Below, piece after piece: positions 49,051 through 61,395 of a stretch of DNA of 64,000 bases (its first letter is position 1; each line of letters begins with the position of its first letter). A program made the translations under genes and the position numbers. This stretch comes from Cycas panzhihuaensis (Eukaryota; Plantae; Cycadophyta). The DNA is taken from the NCBI GenBank assembly GCA_023213395.1, contig CM041465.1:121651741-121715740 (forward strand), written 5' to 3'. Under the pieces are notes generated by a model. The model searched no databases. It saw nothing but the letters and a program-made list of their open reading frames with translations, and was not told the origin of the DNA.

Positions 49051-49484
49051 GCTCTGATACCAAATGAGAGAAAATAGATTAGGTATTTTCACTACCAAGA
49101 TCTAAATCATTAAAAATATATAGCCACAATCACATTAACATGATCAAAGCATGAAAACTTGGAGGTGAAGAAATTATGTTCAAACCCCAAAACAACGTTT
49201 CATTAGCATAAACAAAGCTCACACAACATAAACCCTCTCAATAATCCTTGTACAATTGCCAACAGAGGTTCTCAATATATAGAAAGTACAATGGTCTTGC
49301 ATGGTGGACAAGTGGCACACATGCACTCATTGGTGAAAGTGGGCTTTTAGCCTCTCAACTAGAATTCACAACTTCAAGTTACAACTTAAGGTACATTTGC
49401 ACTTTATAATATTATGTTACTAAAGTGCCTCACACTTACATTACAATTAGAAAGTATATCAAAATGAATTAGTGAATTCTATCA
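49051..49484 (-). mobile_element. 5' LTR (49065-49484) plus tRNA-iMet PBS, probably of the 33600-35990 copia
   Basis: GCTCTGATACCA at 49051-49062; TG..CA ends. Removing the two later insertions leaves ~1.4 kb of UTR before the gag ATG at 35990. Confidence 0.7.
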
Positions 49485-49489
49485 AAACA

Positions 49490-49990
49490 GAACCATTAGA
49501 TGCTTTCACCACAAAGCATAAAGGGAAGCAACCTATGGCTCCCAGCAAAATTTTCAAAACAAATTTGGCAACTTGAACTTTAATGGTGGAAAAACAAAAT
49601 CAATCACTTGTTATTATTGTGTCAAAGTTAACTACATACAACCAGAATGCAAGAAGAAGAAAAATGACGTGTCAATAGCAACAACTCCATCTGGACCAAA
49701 TCAAGGTGGTTATCGAGGAGGTAGTCCTAACAACCAACATGGGGCATATCATGGTGGGAATCAAGGCCACACTACACAACTTAATCAAAATGATAAATTG
49801 TTTTGTGCATATGGTGATTGTTAAAACGACAACACTTGGGTTGTCAATTCTGGAGCATCTCATCATATGAGAAGTGATGCAGGTATGTTGATTGATACAC
49901 ATGAGACCAAGGGTGAAACAATGACTTTTGGTGACAATGTCACAATGGAAATTTCAAGAGTTGGCAAAGTGGCTCCTATTGACAATTAAC
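49490..49990 (+). pseudogene. Copia gag C-terminus and protease fragment
   Basis: CYYCVKVNYIQPEC, KLFCAY and WVVNSGASHHM. Confidence 0.85.
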
Positions 49991-50649
49991 ATGAAGTGTT
50001 CTTGTTTTCTTTCCCTTGTCTAGCTGACTTGGCAAGGAGAATCTAGCCGACTTGGCAAGGAGAATTTGGCTGACTTAATTAAGCCAAAAATGCCTTAGTT
50101 CTGGCCAACTTTAAGTAGCAAGTCTATTTGACTTAAATCCTTTTTTTGGTCGGGTTCCATCCCAGGATTGTGGCCACCTATTTAAGGGAAAGGTTGGGCT
50201 CAGTCTTGGGCATCAGAACAGAGTTGTTGGTTGTTATAATCTCGACCTTAAGCTTGCAATTTCTTTGGAGGGAAACTTACCTCCAAGAGGGAAGCTTTAC
50301 CAGGTGTTACCTTATCAATTTTACTTCATATTTTGATTTGTGCTCTCATTTATTTCATTAATAATTGTTGTAAGTATTCCAAAGGTCTCTACATTTTTGG
50401 TATTAGAACTATATTTATGTATTTTGTTCTATTTGTTCTCTATTTTCTTCAAAAGGATTGTGTAGGCTTGCTACAAGTGGTATTAGAGCTTCATTGGAAT
50501 CTATCCGAAGGAGAAATTTCCTCAATTCAACAAGGAAAATCAAGGGAAAAAGAGCAAATTTTGGGTCAAAAAAGCCTTCCACATAGGGGAAAACTAGCCT
50601 AGATTCGTCCCTTGAACGGAACTAAGATCAAGGAGAACCCTTAACAAAA

Positions 50650-53600
50650 TGGTGAACCAACCATAAAAAATAGTAGCAGATGTATCCCAGTGCATTGATA
50701 CACTTAACAACAAGATAGCTCAGATCAATGACACTGTAAATGAGATTAGAAGTGATATTCAACAACTCACGACTATAGTCATAGGGAAACCAAAGGATAT
50801 AGGTCCATTCAGCCATCTCCTCGCCCCTATTGAATGGAGGAATAAGATGAGCTCGTGCGTGGTGGTCCAAAGTTAGAGGAAAACACAAAAGAAGAAAAGG
50901 AAGTAGGGAGAGAAGACATATTTTAGAGACGATTCAACAAAGGATTTTGGGAATACAAAGAACAAAGGGATTTCTAGTAGAGGAACCAGGAGAGTTGGGA
51001 ACCAGATTATGGCCTTACAAGGACAAAGTTTTCATTGGAGAAATTTGATCTAGATAGATCAAGGGATATCTGAAGATGAATATTACAGATGGAGACCTAC
51101 TTCCAAGTCTATGATAAACCAAACGAAGAAAAAATTTTAACCGCCTCACTTCACTTGTATGGAAAGGCCCTCCAATGGTTCTACTGGTGGAAGAAGGTCC
51201 ATGTGGATATTTCTATTGACCCATGTGGTTCCCTAAAAGTAGGATTAATAGATCAATATGAAGATTCGTGGAACACATATTACTTCTCCCAGTTAACCAA
51301 ATTGCAACAGACAGGATCTGTTCAAGCATACTTGGAATAGTTCCAAGCCCTCTAGTGCTTGGTTACTGATCAAATACCAGTCGAGCTCATCGTCAAGACC
51401 TATATCAAGGAACCCAAGGGAGCCATCAAATACCACGCAAAGACAATGGGGGCCTCAAACATAAGAGAAGCCATTTGGCATGCAAGGAACATTGAAGCAG
51501 GATATGGAGAAGGTAGGCCAAACTACATTCAAAGAAGCAACCCACCAATCTACCAAAACTCTAATTGGACCAGGTCAAGAACAAAAGCAGATCCCCCACT
51601 CACAGGAAGAAACCCAAATGAAGCAAGCAGAGTATCAAGAGACAAACACCTTAAGAGAGGAACATGCTTTAAATGCAGAGGGAAATGAAATAAAGACCAT
51701 CAATGTCTGTCAAAGAAAGTCTTTACGATCCAAAATGATGAAGTAATTGCCTTAGGAGAAGATCAAGAAGAAGAAAAGATTCGAGAAGAAGGTGAAGAGG
51801 CTGAAGTAGAGGAGCTTCTAGATCTGGACACTGAAAATGTGCAAATATTACTGCAGGCCATCATGGGACGAAGTAACACACCTCATGCTAAAAAAATGGG
51901 ATTTAAAGATTACCTTTGATATCACGATAAAAATATGAAAGTAAAATATGTTCCAAGTATGAGGCATGAATGATAACCAATAAATGAAATAAACAAAAGA
52001 TGAAGTATGTACAATACAAAAGACAATAATAATGTGGAAAAATGATCACCTTCCAAATTATTGCATTAGGCATGAATGCATACTTATAGTACATTTGACC
52101 TCATACTTGTCTAATCATATGAAAGAACCCTTATGTCTACCAATGGGACAATTACATGAATAGGTGTGCATCCATTTGCACATCTCAATATCACAGAAAA
52201 ATATACCTATAATAGTTAAGGGGGACACTTAACAAAATACATAAACCAACATTAAACATTATGTTTTAACACCTCAAACATTACGGTTCTAGGGGATGAT
52301 ACAAGGATCACCAGTTGCCATCCTCATCGACAGTGGGAGCACCCACAATTTCATAAATCAACCTACTGTGGAGAAATTGGGCATACCCATCAAAGCGCTC
52401 AATACTTTATAGGATGACATTGCAAATGGAAAATCCATGACTTGTGGGGGTTATTGTCTAAAGGTCACTCTTTAAATTAACGATTACTCAGTAACCACCC
52501 TCATGTTTGCGATGTCAATAGGAGGAGTTGACATCGTATTAGGGGTATAATGGCTACAGACATTAGGAAATGTAGTCACTAACTTCAGAACACAGGTCAT
52601 GAGCTTTCGACAGAAGGGCAAACATCATACACTACAAGCACCCTTTACACCCCCAATGTAGTTGGTGACATCCCACCATATGGAGAAGAAGTTGAAAAAA
52701 ATCCCACTACATACATAGTGACATGTTACATGATCGCAATAGATGACATCATGATGGAGGTATAGGAAGTCATAGATGAATACAATTCAATGTTCGAGGA
52801 ACCCCTGCTAGGGCTTCCCCCCGATCGTGTATGTTAGCATGCCATCAAGCTAGTATCAAGGGCTGCACCAATCAACATTTATCCTTATCACCATCCCTTC
52901 TAGCTTAGGAGGGAGATAGAGCAAATAACCAAAGAACTCTTACACTAAGGATACATCACAAATAACACAAGTCTATTTGCATCCCTAATTATACTTAAGT
53001 GGAAAAAGGACAGGACCTACCATATGTGTGTTGATTTTAGGGGATTGAGCAAGATCAGTATCAAGAATCGCTATCCTATCCCAAAAATAGATGACTTGTT
53101 GGTTGAAATACATGGGGCAAAATACTTGTGAAAGATCGATCTTCAGTAAAGATACTACAAGATCCGCATCAAAATAGAGGACGTGCACAAAACAATATTT
53201 TGCACTCATGAGGGGTTATTTGAATTCAAAATTATACCATTTGGTCTAATGAATGTGCCAACAACGTTCCAAAACACCATAAATATCTTACTGAGACCCT
53301 TCTTATGGAAATTTGTGCTAGTTTTCTCTGACGACATTCTAATCTATAGCACAACATGGGAGGAACACTTAGAACATATCAAGGTCGTTCTCCAAATCTT
53401 ACAGAGCAATTAACTTTTTGCCAACAAAAAGAAATGCATGTTTGGGAAAGGGGAGCTTAAATATCTAGGACACGTTATCTCGCAATAGGGGATCAAGATG
53501 GATCCCAGGAAGGTCCAAGTCATCATTAACTGGCCCACTCCCAAGAATGTCATAGGGGTCAAAGCCTTCCTAGGCATGATAGGATTTCTTAGGAAGTTCA

Positions 53601-54902
53601 TAAAAGGTTACGCTCACATTGTATCACTGCTAATCGATCTCACAAAGATGGATATGTTTGCTTGGAATGCCCTAGAAAAGGATGCTTTCCAAGGCCTCAA
53701 GAAAGCAATGATCACTTCTCCTATGCTTGCAACTCCATATTTTTCTCAACCTTTCACTCTAGAGTGTGATGCATCAGGAATTGGGATAGGAGCAGTCCTC
53801 CTCCAAAATGACCAGCCACTGGCATACGAAAGTCGAAAGCTAAACAATAGGGAGCAACTCAAACCTATCTATGACAGAGAAATGCTTGCAATTATGCATG
53901 TTGTTCATTAGTGATGCCAATATTTACTGGGGAATAGATTCGTGGTCAAAACAGATCACGACAGCCTCAAGTACTTCCTTAACCAGGACAATCTCTTAGA
54001 CGAGCAACAGAAATGGGTGCGTAAGCTTTAGACATTCAATTTTGGTATTGTATACAAAAAGGGCAAAGAGAATGTGATCGCAGATGCATTATCATGGATA
54101 TTAGAAGACAATAGTGAGTATGATCAAACTACAAAAATCTCTCTACAAGCAATAGTGGCCACTCCTAGCTAGATTCATGAACTAATCCAAGACTACCAGA
54201 ATGACCCTCTCTCGAGGAAGATATTGGATGATATCAAGAACCAAGGGAATACCAAGTATAGTCTAGAAGGAGGCTTGATTCTATGGAAGGGTAAGATATT
54301 TATTCTAATATCATCAAAAGTAAAATAGATGCTACTAGAAGAAGCACATTTTGTGCCTAGTGCAGGACACACAGATCGAAAAAACCTATCGTAAGGTATG
54401 GGAGTCCTTCTTTTGGAGAGGGATGAAAGCTTACGTTCTCAAATTCGTATCAAAATGTGATTCTTGTCAAACGAATAAAAGTGAGAACATAAAAAGTCCT
54501 GGCTTGCTCCAACCTCTACCAACCCCACAAAAAAAAGGGAAGAAACCTCAATGGATTTCATCACAGGCCTACCAAAATCAAAGGGTAAGGATGCCATTTT
54601 TTTGGTTGTCGATCGTCTAACAAAATATGCACATTTTAGGGGAATTCAATTGATAGCAAAAGCAAGCCAAGTAGTCAAAATTTTCATGAAAGAAATATTG
54701 TGTCTACACCAGTTCCCTAAAGTCATAGTCAGTGACTGTGTCCCAAAGTTTACAAGCCATTTTTGGCAAGACTTGTTTAGATTGGTGAGTACAAAGCTAT
54801 CCATGAGCACAACATACCACCCACAAATTGATGGTTAGACTGAAGTCATAAACAAGTGCCTAGAAGGGTATCTACGAAATTTCATCTCTAACAAACAACA
54901 AC
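50650..54902 (+). pseudogene. Chromovirus A gag-PR-RT-RH-INT, degenerate
   Basis: LIDSGSTHNFI, PFGLMN, FSDDILIYS, LECDASG and MDFITGLP motifs. Confidence 0.93.
51886..52271 (-). mobile_element. Solo LTR
   Basis: TG..CA termini; TSD CCTCA; minus-strand start TGTTAAAACATAATGTTTAATG. Confidence 0.9.
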
Positions 54903-57900
54903 TGTAGCAGAAGCTTTTAACTTAATTCAGAAATAACACAAAGATTCACAGATACTGGTCTAATATAGGCTCAAACAGATCTCCTCAATCTCAAATAATA
55001 ATGAATATTGGAAATTCACCATAAAACACCAAAATAAAGTAATGGAAATAGTACAAATAAAGGTAAATATATTGTCCAAAATAATATTGGAAAGTACAAA
55101 AATGTATAACAAAATATCCTTATTGAGTGCTTGTCCTTCGAGACGGGAATCCTCCAAATATCTCAGGCCAAAATTGTAGCCCTAGAGCTGAAAATGTAGA
55201 AGAGATCCAATTGAAGTGATGATCCAAAATAAGGGCTTTGATCCCTATTTATAGTGGTCAATTATTATCCTGTTTGAAGTCGGCCAGAATTAAGACAGTT
55301 CACTAGGAGTGAACCATTAATGAAGTCAACCAAAAAATTGGCTTACTGGTAGGCTAATATTCCTGCGCTCATTTCTGGGGTTTAAGTCGATTGACAAGCC
55401 CCTAAAGAGAGGGTTTTCTTGGAACGCAACGAGTCCCCCCCCCCTTGAAAACAATGCTTTGCCCTCAAAGCATTGGTAACTTTGGAAATTGTTGTATCCA
55501 TTCGTCTGACTCCCATGTCGCGTCTTCTATATCGCCATTTTATGAGGTACTCTTTGATTTGTCTTGTTCGAAGTTGCCTGGTGCGAATTTGGAGAATCCC
55601 TTCTGGTTCTAGTGTAATCTATCATTCTTCATTGAGTTCTGGCAAATATGTTTGTGGTACTATTTTGTCGCCAATCTTTTTCTTCAGGTATGAAACATGA
55701 AAAGTATCATGGATCTTGCTTGTTGTCGGTAACTTAAGTTTGTGGGCTACTTCCTCGATTCTATCAAGTATTTGATATGGTCCAAAATATCGAGGAGCGA
55801 GCTTTTGTGTCTTTGTCTTGTTTAATGATGTTTGTTTGTATGGTTGCAATTGGACAAAAACCCAATCGTCTTTCTGGTAGCTCCTTTCCAATCATTGCGC
55901 ATCTGCTTGCTGTTTCATTCTGTTCCTTGCCATTGCCAAATTGTCCTTAAGAATTCTAAGTTCTTGGACAACTTGAACCTGGGATGATCTATTCCATGTC
56001 AATAGAGATGGTGGTTGGTATCCATAAAGAGCCTGGAATGGTGTCATCTTGGTGGAAGAGTGGTATGTTGTATTATACCACCACTCCGCTAAGTGCAGCC
56101 ACTTGTGCCACTAATTTTGTTTACCTGAGCAGAAATTCCTCAAGTAACCTTCCAGACATTTGTTGACTATCTCTATCTGTCCATCAGTTTGGGGATGATA
56201 CGCTGTGCTCATGTGTAATTTTGTACCTGCAATTCTGAATAAATCCTTCCAAAATTTATTGGTGAACTTTGGGTCCCTATCGCTAACAATAGTTTTAGGA
56301 AACTCGTGTAGTATATGGATTTCTTTCATGTATAGTTCTACAACGTCACTTGCCTTCACTGTTGATTGTAGCCCTCGAAAATGACTATACTTTGTTGATC
56401 TATCGACCGTGACAAAGATTGCATCGTTACCTTCTGATTTTGGGAGTCCTATAATAAAATCCATTGAAATTTCTTCCCATTTTTGGTTGGGAATTGGTAG
56501 GGGTTGTAGGAGACATGGGGTCTTTACACATTCTACCTTATTTCGTTGACAAGTATCACATTTTGTCATGAATTTTTGAATGTCTAATTTCAAGCCCTTC
56601 CAAAAGTATGTTGCTTTTATCTTCCGATATGTCTTGTCTATACCGTTGTGGCCTGCTTCTAGGACCGAATGTGCTTCTTGCAGTATAATTTCCTTTAATT
56701 TGGAATTTTTGGGAATACAAATTTTGCCGTTCCTAAGAATCAGATCGCCCTTTTGTTGGTATTTATCTGAATTGCTTCCCTTGATGTTATCTAGGAGTTT
56801 TTGGTATCTTGGATCTGCCATATATTTAGTTCTGATGGATTTTAACAATGAGGGTATAATTGTTGATATCAACTATAATGAAAGACCTTCTTTCGTTTCA
56901 TCTAAGATTCGTGATAATGCGTTTGCTATAATATTCTCTTTGCCTTTCTTGTATACTATCATGAAGTCAAAATTCTGCAACTTACTTACCCATTTTTGTT
57001 GCTCATCGGACAATGTCTTCTGTCTGAGGAAGTATTTCGTTGTCATGATCTGTCTTTGAAAGGAATTTCCCAATAGATATTGTCGCCATTGCTAGATGGC
57101 GTGCATGATTGCGAGGATCTCCTTATCATAAATGGGTTTGAGTTTTTCTCTGTTATTTAACTTTCGACTCTCATAAGCTATTGGTCTTTCATCTTGGAGT
57201 AAGACTTCTCCTATTCCGAATCCCGATGCATCACACTCCAATATGAACGATTTTGAAAAATCAGGTATTGCTAAGATTGGAGCTGTTATCATGGCCTTCT
57301 TAAGATTACGAAAAGCTTCTTTTGCTTTCAGGTTCCAAGAAAACACATCTTTCTTTGCTAAATCCATGAGTGGTGCTGCTAGGTATGCATAACCCTTTGT
57401 GAACTTCCTAACAAACCCTATTGTCCCTAAGAATCCTCGAACTGCTGTAACATTTGTTGGGGTTGGCCAATTGACAACTGCTTGTATTTTCTTTGGGTCA
57501 ATCCTTATACCTTCTCTAGTTATGATATGGCCTAAGTACTCTAGTTCTTCCTTTGCAAATGAACATTTCTTCTTGTTGGCAAAGAATTGATTATCGCTCA
57601 AAATTCTGAAAACCATTTTCAAATGTTATAGATGCTCTTCCTATGTCTTACTATAGATTAAGATATCATCAAAGAAAATTAACACGAATTTGCATAGCAC
57701 TTGCCTGAAGATATCGTTCATGGTGCTCTGAAATGTTGCCGACGCATTTGTTAATTCAAATGGCATTACCTTAAATTCGAATAGGCCTTCATGTGTTCTA
57801 AATGCTATCTTGTAGACATCTTCTTCTCTTATCCGGATTTGATGATATCCTAAGTGTAAATCAATTTTTGAAAAATACTTTGCTCCATGAATTTCGCCTA

Positions 57901-60611
57901 ATAGATCGTCAATGCGGGGGATCGGGTACCTGTTCTTAACTGTTAATTGATTAAGACCTCGGTAGTCCACACACATTCTATATGAACCATCCTTCTTTGG
58001 ACTGATAACAACTGGGGCTACGAATGGGCTTGTGCTAGTGGTAATGCTCCCTTAGGATAGAAGTTCACTTATGATTTTCTTTATCTCTTTCTGTAAATGA
58101 TACGGATGTCTATATGGTCAAATGTTGACTAGTGCTGCACTTGGTATAAGTTCAATTGCATGTTGATTTTCTCGAAGAGGCGGTAGTCCTTTCGGTTCAT
58201 CGAACATTGTCTTGTATTCTTCTATAATTTGTTGAATCTCTAGTGGAGTATTCTCAATTTCAACCTTATAGCATGTCATAATATATGCTGATGGGTTTTT
58301 CCTGAGGATCTTCTCCATTCGGTGTGATGAGACCAATTGTATTGGTGGCGTTGCCGGTGCCTGCAATCGATACTTACGTCCTCCCTGGCGAAAGCACATA
58401 AATCCGGTCATATAATTAGTGACTATATTACCCAGAGTTTGAAGCCACTAGATTCCCAATATTGCATCCATGCCACCGATTTGCATTGTGAACATGCATG
58501 TGTTTGTGCAATATTCACCCATTTGTAAATTGACTTTTCTGCAGAATCCTCCGCACGGTGTTGTTTTCCCATTTGCTATTGACACTTGGAATGTATTTAT
58601 TGGTTCTATTTTAATTCCAAGCTTCTTTGTTGTTTCCCTATTTATAAAGTTGTGTGTACTACCACTATCGACTAGAATTACAACAGGTGCCTCTTTTATA
58701 ATCCCTTGGAATCGAAGTGTTTGTGGCGTAACACTTTGTCCTGTAATTGCTTGGAGTGATATGTGTACATTTTTTGTATCTAGCTCCAATAGTTCGTCTA
58801 CTTCATCTTCCTCTGGCTTTTCTTCAACTTCTTCATGAATTTCCTCGGGTGCTTCTTCTTCCTCTGATATTGTTGTATCTTTGGTATTAATCATATATAC
58901 CTTCTTGTCGGCCCATTGATGTTTGCGATTCCACTCTGCACCACATTTGAAACAAGTTCCTTTCCTCGTGGTCTTCCTTTGTTGTTGTCTCTTCATTATT
59001 TCTAATTGCTAATGGAGCCTCCGCTTTAGTTCCTGACCTATTCCAGTTTGGGTTAAATCCTTGTGAGTTTTCCGTTCTGCGTGTGAATGTAGGTCTAGTT
59101 TCCCGCAATTCTGCTTCCACGCATCTTGTTATTTTGATTGTTGAATCTAATGTTGGTACCTCCATTGCTTTTAGACGATATCTTATTGGAGGTTTCAATC
59201 CACTAATATATGTTTCCAGAGGGAGTTCTGGTGGCACAGTTGTCGGAATTAGACATTGTAACACTTGAAACTGTTTAGTAAACTCTTGGACTGAGTTTGT
59301 TTGTTGTAATCTTGTCAACTGGGCGAAATAGTCCGTACTCCATGAGTCTTCATATTGGGTTATGAGCCCATGCTTCATGTTCTGCCAGCTTTTTGCCTGT
59401 TTCCCACTTGTTTGAAGCCACCATGAATACCATTTCAAGGCTCGACCATACAAATGTAATGATTCCAAAGATACTTAATCGTGTTCCAGTATCATGGAGA
59501 TTGAGAAATAGGTTTCCATCTGTAAGATCCATCCTCTTATATCCCTTGATTTATCGGGGTCAAACTTCTCTAAGGTGATCTTTGCCATTGTCACCCCTTC
59601 GTTACTCTTGCAGGTTCTTCTTTGATATTCTCCTCCTATTTTAAATCTTCCTTTGAAATTACTTGTATTTCCTTGTTCTATTTCCTTTTCTTGTTTGGCC
59701 CATATTGGTTCTGCTTGTGGTCTGTCCAATTTTATGTTGATTTTGTGCATGAGGTCTGTGAGGCCTGTTAACAAAGCTAGGATTTCCTTTCCTACTTCGT
59801 TTGAGGTGATATGTTCCTGACTGGATTGGCCTTGGGCAATCGACATGTTCTTTTGTTGTATAACCTTCTTAGAGCATAACTCTATTTGGGCTCTTCTCAA
59901 AATCCACGGGCGGGAGGGTGGGGAAAATTTTCACTTTCTTATCGCAAAAAGAAAAAAAATGTCACCCTCCTGATGGTTGTTAGATTGTATTGATCCCCTT
60001 CGAAAATTTTTTGACTCTATTCTCTGGAGACACTTTTCCATAGGATAGCTTCAACGAAGCTCTGATACCACTTGTAGCAAAAGCTTTTAACTTAATTTAG
60101 AAATAACACAAAGATTCACAGATACTAGTCTAATATAGGCTCAAACAGATCTCCTCAATCTCAAATAATAATGAATATTGGAAATTCACCATAAAACACC
60201 GAAATAAAGTAATGGAAATAGTACAAATAAAGGTAAATATATTGTCCAAAATAATACTGGAAAGTACAAAAATGTATAACAAAATATCCTTATTGAGTGC
60301 TTTTCCTTCAAGGCGGAATCCTCCAAATATCTCAGGCCAAAAGGCCGAGCCAACTGCAGCCCTAGAGCCAAAAATGTAGAAGAGATCCAACCGAAGTGAT
60401 GATCCAAAATGAGGGCTTTAATCCCTATTTATAGTGGTCAATTATTATCCTATTTGAAGTCGGCCAAAATTAGGACAGTTCACTAGGAGTGAACCATTAA
60501 TGAAGTCGGCTAGAAAATTGGCTTACTGGTCGACTAATATTCCTGCGCTCATTTCTAGGGTTTAAGTTAGCTGACAGGCCCCTAAAGAGAGGGTTTTCTT
60601 GGAACGCAACA
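54903..60611 (-). mobile_element. Full-length chromovirus gypsy element B, nested in antisense within A
   Basis: LTRs 54903-55431 and 60073-60611; TSD ACAAC; PBS 60059-60070; PPT ~55435-55447. Confidence 0.96.
55470..59900 (-). pseudogene. Chromovirus B gag-pol with chromodomain
   Basis: [45 protein letters not shown] and KEYLIKW motifs. Confidence 0.95.
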
Positions 60612-61190
60612 ACAACTTTGGAACAAATGGCTTTATTAGGATGAATGGTGGTACAACACCACTTACCATATAGCAGCAAGAATAACTCCCTTCTAGGTGC
60701 TATACGGGTTCAAGCCACCATCCCTTCTCACATGGTCAAAGACATCGCACGTACAAGGTGTTCAAGAACAACAAGAGCAAATGGATCAAATGCTCCCAAT
60801 ATTAAAAGACAATTTAAACATTGCAAAAAATTGAATGAAATAACAAGTAGACTTACAAAGATTTGAAAGATTCTTCTCAATTGGTGATTGGGTTTTTCTA
60901 AGACTGCAACCATACATGCACTTGACTCAGACAAACAAGCAAACAAAAGCTAGCACCTAGATTTTTCAGGCCATATCAGGTTAGTGAAAAGATCGAAGAA
61001 GTAGCCTATCGGCTAGCCCTACCTCAAGGGAGCCATATTTATGATGTCTTCCACGTATCATGCCTCCAGGGAAATAAGAGAATACCTTATGAAGTGGAAA
61101 ACCTTGGATGAAGAAGACACCACATGGGAATCCAAAGAATGAATCCGCCAGCATCCAAACTTACCATGCTTTGAGGGCAAAGCATGCTTT
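60612..61190 (+). pseudogene. Chromovirus A integrase C-terminus and chromodomain
   Basis: [20 protein letters not shown] and [15 protein letters not shown]. Confidence 0.85.
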
Positions 61191-61395
61191 CAAGGGGAGG
61201 GGACCTGAAGCATTCATGTTTTCTTTCCCCTATCAAGTCGACTTGGTAGGAAGAATCAGGCCGACTTGGCAGGGAGAATTTGGCCAAATTAATTAATCCA
61301 GAAATGCCTTAGTTTTGGTTGTCTTTAAATAGCAAGTCTGGCTAACGTAAATCCTTCTCTCTAGCTGACTTCCATTTTTGTTTTGGTCAAGCTCC

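Larger units (their letters stand above)
49992..61395 (+). mobile_element. Chromovirus gypsy element A (hosts three insertions)
   Basis: 5' LTR 49992-50475; PBS 50478-50489; PPT 61192-61205; the 3' LTR begins at 61206 and is cut by a copia at 61396. Confidence 0.88.
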
